This document shows, piece by piece, positions 56,024 to 64,000 of a DNA stretch of 64,000 nt (within the stretch, counting starts at the first letter, position 1; each line of letters begins with the position of its first letter). The notes below the pieces were generated by a model. It did not search any database, was not told the DNA's origin, and saw nothing but the letters and a program-made list of their open reading frames with translations. Source of the stretch: Saprospiraceae bacterium (GTDB lineage: Bacteria > Bacteroidota > Bacteroidia > Chitinophagales > Saprospiraceae); contig CBDFMU010000023.1 in the NCBI GenBank assembly GCA_965249785.1, positions 16,499 through 80,498 of the forward strand, read 5' to 3'. The position numbers and the translations under genes were made by a program.

Positions 56024-57037
56024 TTGTCAAAAGAACTTACCAACGAGCCAGTCGGCGAAGAAAAACTGGTGGAGAAAGCCCTCCGCCCCAAACTGTTGAG
56101 CGAATTCAGCGGGCAGCAGAAACTAGTGGACAACCTACAGGTTTTTATCCAGGCGGCCAAACAACGTGGTGAAGCACTCGACCACGTGCTGCTGCATGGC
56201 CCACCCGGTCTCGGCAAAACCACACTCTCGCATATCGTCGCCAATGAATTGGGGGCTTCGCTAAAAATGACCTCCGGGCCAGTGCTCGAAAAAGCCGGCG
56301 ATCTGGCCGGTTTACTGACCAATCTGGATGCTGGCGACGTACTGTTCATCGACGAAATTCACCGCCTGAATACCGTGGTCGAAGAATATCTCTACTCGGC
56401 GATGGAAGATTACCGGATTGATATTATGATTGATTCCGGGCCGAACGCGCGCAGCATCCAGATCACCCTCAATCCTTTTACGCTGGTGGGGGCTACTACG
56501 CGCATGGGCTTGCTTACGTCGCCGCTGCGAGCACGTTTTGGCATTAATTGCCACCTGGACTACTATGATGTCGCCACATTGGAAGGTATTTTGCATCGCT
56601 CGGCGGCTATTCTGGACATTCCTATTTCGGAGGATGGTGCCTACGAAATTGCGCGTCGCAGCCGGGGTACACCCCGGATTGCCAATGCTTTGCTCCGCCG
56701 GATCCGTGATTTCGCGCAGATCAAAGGGGATGGAACCGTGAATCAGGACATTGCCCGCTACGGACTGGCCGCGCTGGACGTGGACGAAAGTGGCCTGGAT
56801 GAAATGGACATCCGTATTCTGACTACTATTATTCACAAGTTCAAAGGTGGGCCGGTCGGATTGACTACTATCGGCACGGCGGTGGGCGAAGAATCTGGCA
56901 CCATCGAAGAAGTACACGAGCCCTTCCTGATTATGGAAGGTTATATCCAGCGGACACCGCGCGGGCGGACAGCTACGGAAAAGGCGTACAAGCATATTGG
57001 GGCGGTACCGCCGAGACGGGAAGGGACGTTGTTTTAG
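56024..57037 (+). CDS. ruvB: Holliday junction branch migration DNA helicase RuvB
   Basis: [31 protein letters not shown] and RTPRGR motifs. Only a TTG start (56024) is available in the open frame. Confidence 0.9.
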   Translation: MSKELTNEPVGEEKLVEKALRPKLLSEFSGQQKLVDNLQVFIQAAKQRGEALDHVLLHGPPGLGKTTLSHIVANELGASLKMTSGPVLEKAGDLAGLLTNLDAGDVLFIDEIHRLNTVVEEYLYSAMEDYRIDIMIDSGPNARSIQITLNPFTLVGATTRMGLLTSPLRARFGINCHLDYYDVATLEGILHRSAAILDIPISEDGAYEIARRSRGTPRIANALLRRIRDFAQIKGDGTVNQDIARYGLAALDVDESGLDEMDIRILTTIIHKFKGGPVGLTTIGTAVGEESGTIEEVHEPFLIMEGYIQRTPRGRTATEKAYKHIGAVPPRREGTLF

Positions 57038-57051
57038 ATTTACTACTACTC

Positions 57052-58395
57052 TTACCAACTGACTTTGCATTGTTCTTTGATAGCCTCTACCTGGGGCTGT
57101 CTAAATTGATTTGTTGCAATAAAGGCCTGCATTTCCTTAGATGATATAGCCTGCATAGTAGCATTAAAAACATTGCTGCTGCCGACAAAGAATTGCTGCT
57201 CAGATAAAAACCATTTTTTGTCTTTTATGCCAATAACAACTATACGAGCGGGTGTTTGTGGAAGTCGCACTGGCCAGTCTCTTACTGTCTCGAATTGTCC
57301 ATTACCATAATCTTCCAGTTGAATATTCGCATTAAGCTGATCGAATAGTATTCCGCCCAGCAATTCTTCATATTTATTAAAATCAGAAATATTTACTTTT
57401 ACTACAGCGGGTTGTGCAGTGGTATCGTCTACGAAAAGATCGCAATTATGCCAACCCAAACTATATATTTTTGCAAAGTAGCGATTAAATGGTTTGTGGT
57501 AATAAACAGTGGAAAAAGCACTAGTGTCACTATTAGGATGTATTTCTGGCTTTTTGATAGATTTTGGACTAGGTAAACAAAGGTAATAGCTAGAATCTAA
57601 ACGTATATCCAACCGCGCACTTTCTTCAGATATAAATTGGTAAATTTCATCTATTTGCGTAGCTGAAAGTTGAGGAAAACTAGTCATTATAGCAGGTTTC
57701 CATTTATCCCAAAGACAAATAGATAATGAATCGCCCGATGCAATTAATGCCTGCGAATTGCGGGTAAATTGCTGCAGCCAGTTTTTATCCCGAAACTGCG
57801 TGATATTAGACAAAGGTGGGCCAGTCCAATATTCGGTCAAACCGGGACAGTGACAAGGCGTGCATAGTGATCGGAAAAGTTGTTGTCCCGTTGCTAAATT
57901 GCTGATATTGGTTTGGTTAACGAAACCATTCGGTATTTCATCCCAGTTTACGCCGTTTTTAGTCGAATTACCTTTAAACCATTTCGCGCCTGCTCGCCGA
58001 CCTTTTACAGGTATTTCCAACTGAATCGGGCAATTCTGGTCAATAGAGACCACACTACCATCTTTCGTAATAGCATTGAGATATAGCATACTTTCGGTTT
58101 CTAATAGACGACCGTCAGAGGCGAGGGTACTTATTCCCAATAAAAAAGCATCTCCCCGATCGCGTACTTCTTGTACTTCCAGCACAAATGTATTTTCAGT
58201 ACAGATAAATGTATTTGGGCAAAATCGAAGCACCATGCCGCTTTTGCCTTTGATGATAGTGTCTTTTCCAATAGTTATAGTAAATTGTTGTTTTTCAGGG
58301 CCTAATAAGTATCCAATTTGACTATAATAGCGATTGCTCTGGCAGGCGATAAAGAAACAACTGATAGCAATGATGAGTAAAAACGTACTTTTCAT
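57052..58395 (-). CDS. lipoprotein with a c-type cytochrome domain
   Basis: Lipobox FFIAC. Heme motif CTPCH followed by GPPLSNITQFRDKNWLQQF, as in class I cytochrome c domains. About 38% GC (one line counted). Confidence 0.55.
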   Translation of the reverse strand: MKSTFLLIIAISCFFIACQSNRYYSQIGYLLGPEKQQFTITIGKDTIIKGKSGMVLRFCPNTFICTENTFVLEVQEVRDRGDAFLLGISTLASDGRLLETESMLYLNAITKDGSVVSIDQNCPIQLEIPVKGRRAGAKWFKGNSTKNGVNWDEIPNGFVNQTNISNLATGQQLFRSLCTPCHCPGLTEYWTGPPLSNITQFRDKNWLQQFTRNSQALIASGDSLSICLWDKWKPAIMTSFPQLSATQIDEIYQFISEESARLDIRLDSSYYLCLPSPKSIKKPEIHPNSDTSAFSTVYYHKPFNRYFAKIYSLGWHNCDLFVDDTTAQPAVVKVNISDFNKYEELLGGILFDQLNANIQLEDYGNGQFETVRDWPVRLPQTPARIVVIGIKDKKWFLSEQQFFVGSSNVFNATMQAISSKEMQAFIATNQFRQPQVEAIKEQCKVSW

Positions 58396-58484
58396 AGTCT
58401 TATATTTTTAGAATGGCATCAAAATTAGGATATTAACCCGCCACTTTCCTATTCAGCAGCATCTATCTAATAAATACTACTGCC

Positions 58485-59047
58485 ATGTCTTCCAAACGTT
58501 CCCTACGCCATCGTTCTACTCCACCACTTGATTTCTCGCCAATGGCTGCGCTCGGCCTGATGCTGGTTAATTTTTTTATGCTGCAAATGATGTGGCAAAA
58601 ACCGCAGGTGATGCCAGTGATAATGCCGGATAATAAACCCCATGGTTGCTGTGAATGTGAGTCAGTGAAAGAATCAAAGGTTTTCACCTTACTTTGTGCT
58701 AAAGAGAAGGTATGCGCTTATGCTGGTCTTACGGAACCTAAACTGGACTCCACCGATTATTCTGCGGCTGGCTTGCGACAGATTATTCTGCTAAAAAACG
58801 CAAAGTGGCCGCCCAAGTGGGGCTAGAAGAATATACGGCCATCAAAACCGGATCTATCAAAAAAGGCTCTTACCTCAACATCGTCATCAAAGCCTTACCC
58901 TCCGCTACTTACGGCAACATCGTAGACGTGCTCGACGAAATGCGTATTTGTGGCATTCGGTATTATCTAATCTTAGACATTTCCCCGGCAGAACTCGACT
59001 TCGTGCGCAATCCGGCTAATGGGTTGAGGTTTATGCCCGAAATTTAA
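58485..59047 (+). pseudogene. exbD: ExbD/TolR-family biopolymer transport protein, frameshift in an A6 tract
   Basis: ORFs 58485..58826 and 58805..59047 overlap. Adding one A to AAAAAA 58793-58798 joins ..GLRQIILLKKRKVAAQVGLEEY.. into one protein of about 187 aa. N-terminal TM LDFSPMAALGLMLVNFFML. Confidence 0.7.
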
Positions 59048-59215
59048 GAGATACTAGTCTCTTATAAGTCGTGTTGGCGCGCCTATAACTAAACCAAAAT
59101 CGGTATTTTTCTACATTTTTTGCAAACCGCTCCACAACCTTTGGATGGGCAGATCGTGCTGCCTACTTTTACCCGCCTTCAGACCTTACCCTGTTAATTA
59201 TTAAATATAATCTTA

Positions 59216-61300
59216 ATGAGTTTCCCGTCCTGCCTCTTTGGTAGTCTGCGCTTAGCTGCAGCACTGACCTATGCCCTTTTGCTGCCTTTTTACGCATTAG
59301 CGCAAACCGCCCCTACCACCCATTTCTCTCCTGTTGGCGGCTTGTTCCATGGGCCGCTACACGTGACTTTGAGCAGTGAGACCCCTAATACGCTGCTGTA
59401 TTACACGCTCGATGGTTCAGAACCGGGTACGAATACAACGTTGTACGCGGGGCCATTGTCAATAGACTCGACGACCATATTGCGAGTACGGGCTTTTGCA
59501 CCGGGTTTTGCGCATCCTCCGGTGGTGACGCACAGTTATTTCATTGGTTTACAACATACTTTTCCCGTGGTCTCGCTGGCATTTCCACCGCCCGCTTTCT
59601 TTGATTCGCTGACCGGGATTTATACCAATTACACCAACGGATTGAGTGCCGTATCCAATATTGAATTTTTTGAACCGGAGGATTCCACCGCTGTCCTGAA
59701 CCAACTGGTGGAAGTAGACATACAAGGCACCAGTAGTGTCATCCAGGCCCAGAAGTCGCTGGAAATCAAGGCTAAAAAGAGTCTTGGCAAAGAAAATCTG
59801 GATTACCCCATGTTTCCCGATTTACCCTACACCAATTACAAACGACTGGTACTACGCAATGGCGGACAGGATTGGTGTGTGATGCAATTTCGCGATGAGT
59901 TCGCTACCAGTTTGGTCGGCGACCTGTCGGATTTGAATGGTTTACTGACCCCGCCCCATCTTTTCCTACAGGCCTGGCGACCTTCGGTAGTCTATCTGAA
60001 TGGTCAATACTGGGGCATTCACAACATTCGGGAACGCATGAAACAGTTCTATATTCGCCAGCATTTTGATTGGGAAGACGACGAATATGACTTGCTTGAG
60101 AATTACCATGAAGTTATTATTGGCGATTCTGTTGCCTGGTTTCAACTGGTGGAGTTTCTACAGCACAATGATTTTTCCAGCAATGCCCAGTGGGAAGAAT
60201 TAAAACAACAGATTGATTATCAAAATTATCTGGATTATTGTGTTTATAATGTGTATCTGGAAAATGAAGACTGGCCGGGCAATAATGTGCGCCGATTCAA
60301 GCAGCACAGCCCGGAAGGCAAGTGGCAATGGATGACCTACGATCTCGATTTTACCTTTGGTCTCTACCAATCCAACGGTGGCTGGAATACCGGCGATGCT
60401 TCGCCCAATACTTTGGGACGTTTACTCGACTCCACGGCTTTGGCCTGGCCCAATCCCGACTGGTCGACCCTGCTCTTCCGTCGCTGCTGGCAAAACGCCA
60501 CTTTTCGCCGGGATTTCGCCAATCGCATGGCAGATATGCTTAATACCAATCTAGCTCCTGCACGCATCTACAAACGCCTGGAACAGTTTCGCGCGCGCTA
60601 CGAGCCGGAGATGGCGGCACATTACCACCGCTGGTGGGGGGCCTACATTCCGCAAATTTGGTTGGATAATATCGCCAAAACGCGCTCTTTCGCCAAGCAG
60701 CGACCCTCCTACGTGCGCAAAGAAATCACAACCGCCTTGCCGGAAGCCACTGGTCTGGCCATTTTGACCGCCGATGTTTCTCCACGCCAGGCCGGTTCGC
60801 TAATCATCAGCACGGTGCATCTGGACAGCGCGTATTTTCCCTGGCCAGGTATTTATTTTAAAGGCGTGGCAGTACCCGTCAAGGCCATCGCCCGACCTGG
60901 TTTCCGTTTTCTCAAATGGTCGGATCCCAGCCTGGGTACTACGGATTCTACGAATGTACTAGTAGAAAATATCCACTCGCTCATCGCCTATTTCGAGCCA
61001 AATCACTTGACAGATACTAGTATAACGGAGACAAGTAGTACGTTAGAAATTAGTTTGTTGCTCCATCCGCGCACTGGCGTACTGACTATAAGCAACCCTT
61101 CGCTCGCAGATGGTGGCTTCCAGGCGCAGATAGTAGACGCTTTGGGCCGCGTGGTGCTGGCGCAACTGTATTCAGCGCAGGCAGAAGGTACATTATCGCT
61201 GGAAGTCGGCGATTTGATTCCCGGCACTTATTTTGTGCGCATCACGCTGGCGGGAAGCGGACGTACGGGTACTAAGGGATTTGGGAAAACAAATAATTAG
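59216..61300 (+). CDS. CotH-family protein with N-terminal chitobiase/FN3-associated domain and probable T9SS tail
   Basis: Signal ..LLPFYALAQ. LLYYTLDGSEPGTNTTLYAGPLSIDSTTILRVRAF. CotH core (LVLRNGGQDW.., WPGNNVRRF). C-terminal GTYFVRITLAG strand pattern. Confidence 0.7.
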   Translation: MSFPSCLFGSLRLAAALTYALLLPFYALAQTAPTTHFSPVGGLFHGPLHVTLSSETPNTLLYYTLDGSEPGTNTTLYAGPLSIDSTTILRVRAFAPGFAHPPVVTHSYFIGLQHTFPVVSLAFPPPAFFDSLTGIYTNYTNGLSAVSNIEFFEPEDSTAVLNQLVEVDIQGTSSVIQAQKSLEIKAKKSLGKENLDYPMFPDLPYTNYKRLVLRNGGQDWCVMQFRDEFATSLVGDLSDLNGLLTPPHLFLQAWRPSVVYLNGQYWGIHNIRERMKQFYIRQHFDWEDDEYDLLENYHEVIIGDSVAWFQLVEFLQHNDFSSNAQWEELKQQIDYQNYLDYCVYNVYLENEDWPGNNVRRFKQHSPEGKWQWMTYDLDFTFGLYQSNGGWNTGDASPNTLGRLLDSTALAWPNPDWSTLLFRRCWQNATFRRDFANRMADMLNTNLAPARIYKRLEQFRARYEPEMAAHYHRWWGAYIPQIWLDNIAKTRSFAKQRPSYVRKEITTALPEATGLAILTADVSPRQAGSLIISTVHLDSAYFPWPGIYFKGVAVPVKAIARPGFRFLKWSDPSLGTTDSTNVLVENIHSLIAYFEPNHLTDTSITETSSTLEISLLLHPRTGVLTISNPSLADGGFQAQIVDALGRVVLAQLYSAQAEGTLSLEVGDLIPGTYFVRITLAGSGRTGTKGFGKTNN

Positions 61301-61316
61301 CTCTTATAAAAGCACT

Positions 61317-61955
61317 TTAAACCTCCACGCATTCCCCTTCCACCACGGCGATCACCCGGTCGCCAGGTCGCGGCGTAATTGCCACAAAACCAGTCAGATT
61401 ACCAAAAGCGGGCAGCACCCCAGTATGTTCCCCCAACCAAAAACACGGCAAAGTCACCTGCATCCGACCTTTGCCCTGTAATGCCACGCCCGGATGCAAA
61501 TGTCCGCAGAGCTGATAAAATCCGGGAAAAGGCACTTCCGAAGGCGCATGGGACAATAGGAAAGCACCACACTCATAATGTTCGGGTAAAATTTCCAAAC
61601 GCAAACTCGTCGTAAAACGCGCCGAAAAACGATCATGATTGCCCGGCACCAAGGCAAATCGAACGGTGGAATGATTATTTAGGAAAATCTCTAACGCACC
61701 CCATTCAACGTTTTGATGACTGTGAAATAAATCGCCCAAAAAAATCACTTCGCTGGGTTGATGCGTATGAATAAGTTGAGAAAGCACTTCAAAATCGCGC
61801 TCCGAAGCATCGGCGGGAAGCGGCATACCACTTTTCCGAAAGTGCATCGCTTTGCCAATGTGCATATCCGCAATAAGCAGCGTGCGATTTTTTATTAGAA
61901 ACAATGCTTTTTGCGGCAACAATAACACCTCTTGTCCCGCTAATTGAATCAACAT
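61317..61955 (-). CDS. pdeM: ligase-associated DNA damage response metallophosphoesterase PdeM
   Basis: LLIADMHIGK, VIFLGDLFHS, VPGNHD and GHLHPG motifs, and a 212-aa size. Divergent from the exonuclease-ligase pair. Confidence 0.75.
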   Translation of the reverse strand: MLIQLAGQEVLLLPQKALFLIKNRTLLIADMHIGKAMHFRKSGMPLPADASERDFEVLSQLIHTHQPSEVIFLGDLFHSHQNVEWGALEIFLNNHSTVRFALVPGNHDRFSARFTTSLRLEILPEHYECGAFLLSHAPSEVPFPGFYQLCGHLHPGVALQGKGRMQVTLPCFWLGEHTGVLPAFGNLTGFVAITPRPGDRVIAVVEGECVEV

Positions 61956-62028
61956 AGTTTATTGAAAAATTGGAGGATTTGAAAATTCGAGGATTTGACC
62001 ACATTAATCATATTGACCACATTTATTA

Positions 62029-63096
62029 ATGGCTCTATTAGAATTCGTAGCCAAAGGCATTTATTGTCCGGCAGCAAATGTATACATTGATCCCTGGAAA
62101 CCCGTGGAAAACGCCCTGATCACCCATGGCCACAGCGACCATGCCCGTTGGGGAAACCAGAAATACTTGTGTACTCATGCCGCACTGCCCGTCATCAAGT
62201 ATCGGTTGGGTGATATTGCCATTCAGGGCATTGATTATCAGACACCGATTTATATTAATGGCGTACGTTTTTCCTTTCATCCGGCGGGTCATGTTCCCGG
62301 CTCCGCCCAGATTCGGGTGGAACATAAAGGCGAAGTGTGGGTGGCTTCCGGCGATTATAAAGTGGAACCAGATAATTTGTCTGAGCCTTTTGAACCAATC
62401 AGTTGCCACGCTTTTATTACCGAAAGCACCTTTGGACTGCCTATTTATCGCTGGCAAGACCAGCCGGATATTATGGCCGAAATCAATACCTGGTGGAGAA
62501 AAAATAAGGCCGAAGGAAAAACCAGCGTGTTAGTCGCTTATTCTCTCGGAAAAGCCCAACGCATTATGGCCAATGTGGACACTAGTATCGGCCCGATTTT
62601 TACTCACGGCGCAGTAGAAAATATTAATAATGTGCTACGCGAACAAGGGATTGTACTACCAGAAACCCAACGTGTCATGTCATCGATGGATAAAAAAACT
62701 TTCCCTGGCAGTCTGGTGATCGCGCCACCCTCGGCTTTCGGCACCCCATGGATCAATCGTTTCAAACCCATGTCGCTGGGCATTGCTTCCGGCTGGATGG
62801 CTTTGCGAGGTGCTCGTCGCCGCCGTGCCGCTGATCGGGGTTTTGTGTTGAGCGATCACGCTGATTGGGAAGGATTAAACGCCGCGATTCAGGCTACGGG
62901 CGCAGAAAAAGTCTTCGTAACGCATGGCTACACCGATACTTTCGCGCAATGGCTACGCGGGCAAGGTCTGGATGCGAAAAAAGTGGAGACGCAATATGAA
63001 GGGGAATCTTTGGATCAGGTAGTGGAAGAAAAAACAGAAACTGAGGAGACAGGAACTAGTAATCAGAATACAGAACAGCAAGAGCCTAATTCCTGA
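62029..63096 (+). CDS. ligase-associated DNA damage response exonuclease (metallo-beta-lactamase/beta-CASP fold)
   Basis: ITHGHSDHARW (HxHxDH) and SDHADW near the C-terminus. Located immediately upstream of the ATP-dependent ligase. Confidence 0.75.
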   Translation: MALLEFVAKGIYCPAANVYIDPWKPVENALITHGHSDHARWGNQKYLCTHAALPVIKYRLGDIAIQGIDYQTPIYINGVRFSFHPAGHVPGSAQIRVEHKGEVWVASGDYKVEPDNLSEPFEPISCHAFITESTFGLPIYRWQDQPDIMAEINTWWRKNKAEGKTSVLVAYSLGKAQRIMANVDTSIGPIFTHGAVENINNVLREQGIVLPETQRVMSSMDKKTFPGSLVIAPPSAFGTPWINRFKPMSLGIASGWMALRGARRRRAADRGFVLSDHADWEGLNAAIQATGAEKVFVTHGYTDTFAQWLRGQGLDAKKVETQYEGESLDQVVEEKTETEETGTSNQNTEQQEPNS

Positions 63097-63139
63097 CTCC
63101 TGTCTACTAAAATAACTCATAACTCATAACTTTCTTCCC

Positions 63140-64000
63140 TTGCGCCAATTCGCCGACTTATTCATCCGCATGGACCAGTCCAACAAGACCAACGACAAGG
63201 TGGACGCCTTGGTGGACTACCTGCGCGAAGCCCCGGCGGAGGAGCAACTTTGGGGTATTGCGATCCTGTCGCATCGTCGGCCCAAGCGCACGGTGAATAT
63301 GAATCTGCTGCGTACCTGGGCGGCGGAGGTGGCGGGTTTGCCGCTCTGGTTGTTTGAGGAAAGTTACCATATTGTCGGTGATCTGGCGGAAACAATTGCC
63401 CTGGTATTACCAGAAAAAGAACTAGAAACAGATCATAATTTACGTTACTGGATTGATTATATTCGTTCGTTAGATCAATTGAGCGAGGGCGAAAAAAGGG
63501 ACGCGATCCTTGCCGCCTGGAACCAACTGGATTACGGCCAACGCTTCATTTTTAATAAATTAATTACTGGTAATTGGCGCATCGGCGTATCGGATAAATT
63601 AGTGGCGCGGGCTATTGCAAAGTTTACCAGCCTGCCAGAAAATACGGTGCTGCATCGCCTTTCCGGTGCCTGGTCGCCCGATCACAGCACTTTTGAGGAA
63701 TTAATTTTGGGTGAAAATGCGCATGACGATTTCTCCAAACCCTACCCTTTTTGTCTGGCTTATCCATTAGAACAAGAACCGGAATCGCTGGGGCCAGTGT
63801 CCGACTGGGTGGCGGAGTACAAATGGGACGGCATTCGGGGCCAGATCATCAAGCGGGCGGGCGAACTGTACGTGTGGTCGCGCGGCGAGGAACTAGTGAC
63901 TGATAAATACCCCGAATACCAAATTCTCCGCGCCAATCTGCCCGACGGCGTAGTATTGGATGGCGAAATCATCGGCTGGAAAGATGGTCTGCCGCTGCCT
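63140..64000 (+). CDS. ATP-dependent DNA ligase (ligase-associated damage-response type), 3' end outside window
   Basis: Not in the ORF track because no stop is reached. My translation from TTG 63140 reads MRQFADLFIRMDQSNKTNDKVDALVDYL .. and contains the adenylation motif EYKWDGIRGQ at 63818-63847. The frame is open to base 64000. Confidence 0.8.
   Translation, partial: MRQFADLFIRMDQSNKTNDKVDALVDYLREAPAEEQLWGIAILSHRRPKRTVNMNLLRTWAAEVAGLPLWLFEESYHIVGDLAETIALVLPEKELETDHNLRYWIDYIRSLDQLSEGEKRDAILAAWNQLDYGQRFIFNKLITGNWRIGVSDKLVARAIAKFTSLPENTVLHRLSGAWSPDHSTFEELILGENAHDDFSKPYPFCLAYPLEQEPESLGPVSDWVAEYKWDGIRGQIIKRAGELYVWSRGEELVTDKYPEYQILRANLPDGVVLDGEIIGWKDGLPLP

Noticed and set aside
58793-58798. Programmed ribosomal frameshift at the A6 tract of exbD
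   Set aside because: There is no downstream stimulatory structure or known precedent for ExbD. In a sequence with several other 1-nt disruptions, an indel (error or mutation) is the simpler explanation.
1-64000. tRNA, rRNA, tmRNA, riboswitch, CRISPR or prophage content
   Set aside because: Reading all intergenic regions longer than 80 bp, I found no cloverleaf-compatible segments, no conserved riboswitch cores (for example B12, TPP or SAM boxes), no spacer-repeat arrays and no integrase or phage structural genes. A covariance-model scan is still needed to exclude small RNAs.

Overview
The window is a 64-kb chromosomal segment that looks like Bacteroidota. Evidence for that: Type IX secretion (T9SS) C-terminal sorting domains on at least five cargo proteins, a PorP/SprF gene behind a 2058-aa SprB-repeat adhesin, TonB-dependent receptors with DUF4249 partners, an ECF sigma pair, GH97, and no Shine-Dalgarno leaders. 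A Saprospiria/Cytophagia-type genome is only a guess. All protein names come from reading the translations and recalling family motifs; no search was run.

I call about 48 protein genes and found no tRNA, rRNA, CRISPR array or prophage. Housekeeping genes include truA, glgA-glgC, a fused E1 alpha/beta 2-oxoacid dehydrogenase, a DksA-like regulator, folK, ruvB, a deoxynucleoside kinase and a Pif1-like helicase. There is also a ligase-associated DNA-damage-response cluster (PdeM, beta-CASP exonuclease, ATP-dependent ligase running off the right edge).

Observations worth follow-up:
1. At least five small non-coding repeat families are present. The main one is an 85-95 bp element with TATAGT...ACTATA ends, at 7 loci, each within about 25 bp after a stop codon. 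The others are a nested MITE-like palindrome between glgA and glgC, GTAC-headed REP-like palindromes, and two smaller families. A solitary IS200-like/RAYT transposase gene lies in the same window.
2. A 786-aa fusion joins a TIR-like N-domain, TPR repeats and a YdfG-type SDR. It sits next to a low-GC orphan gene.
3. Eight or more single-base frame disruptions are concentrated in the first 10 kb: E1, three in a DUF433/DUF5615 toxin-antitoxin pair, glgC and glgA. Further ones occur in an AhpD-like gene and in exbD. These are either consensus errors or real gene decay.
4. A C8/C6/G7 homopolymer hairpin lies in frame inside a putative heme TonB-dependent receptor.
5. An apparent operon encodes a divergent GT2, a secreted CotH protein and a membrane protein.
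6. FolK carries a 170-aa basic repeat extension at its N-terminus.
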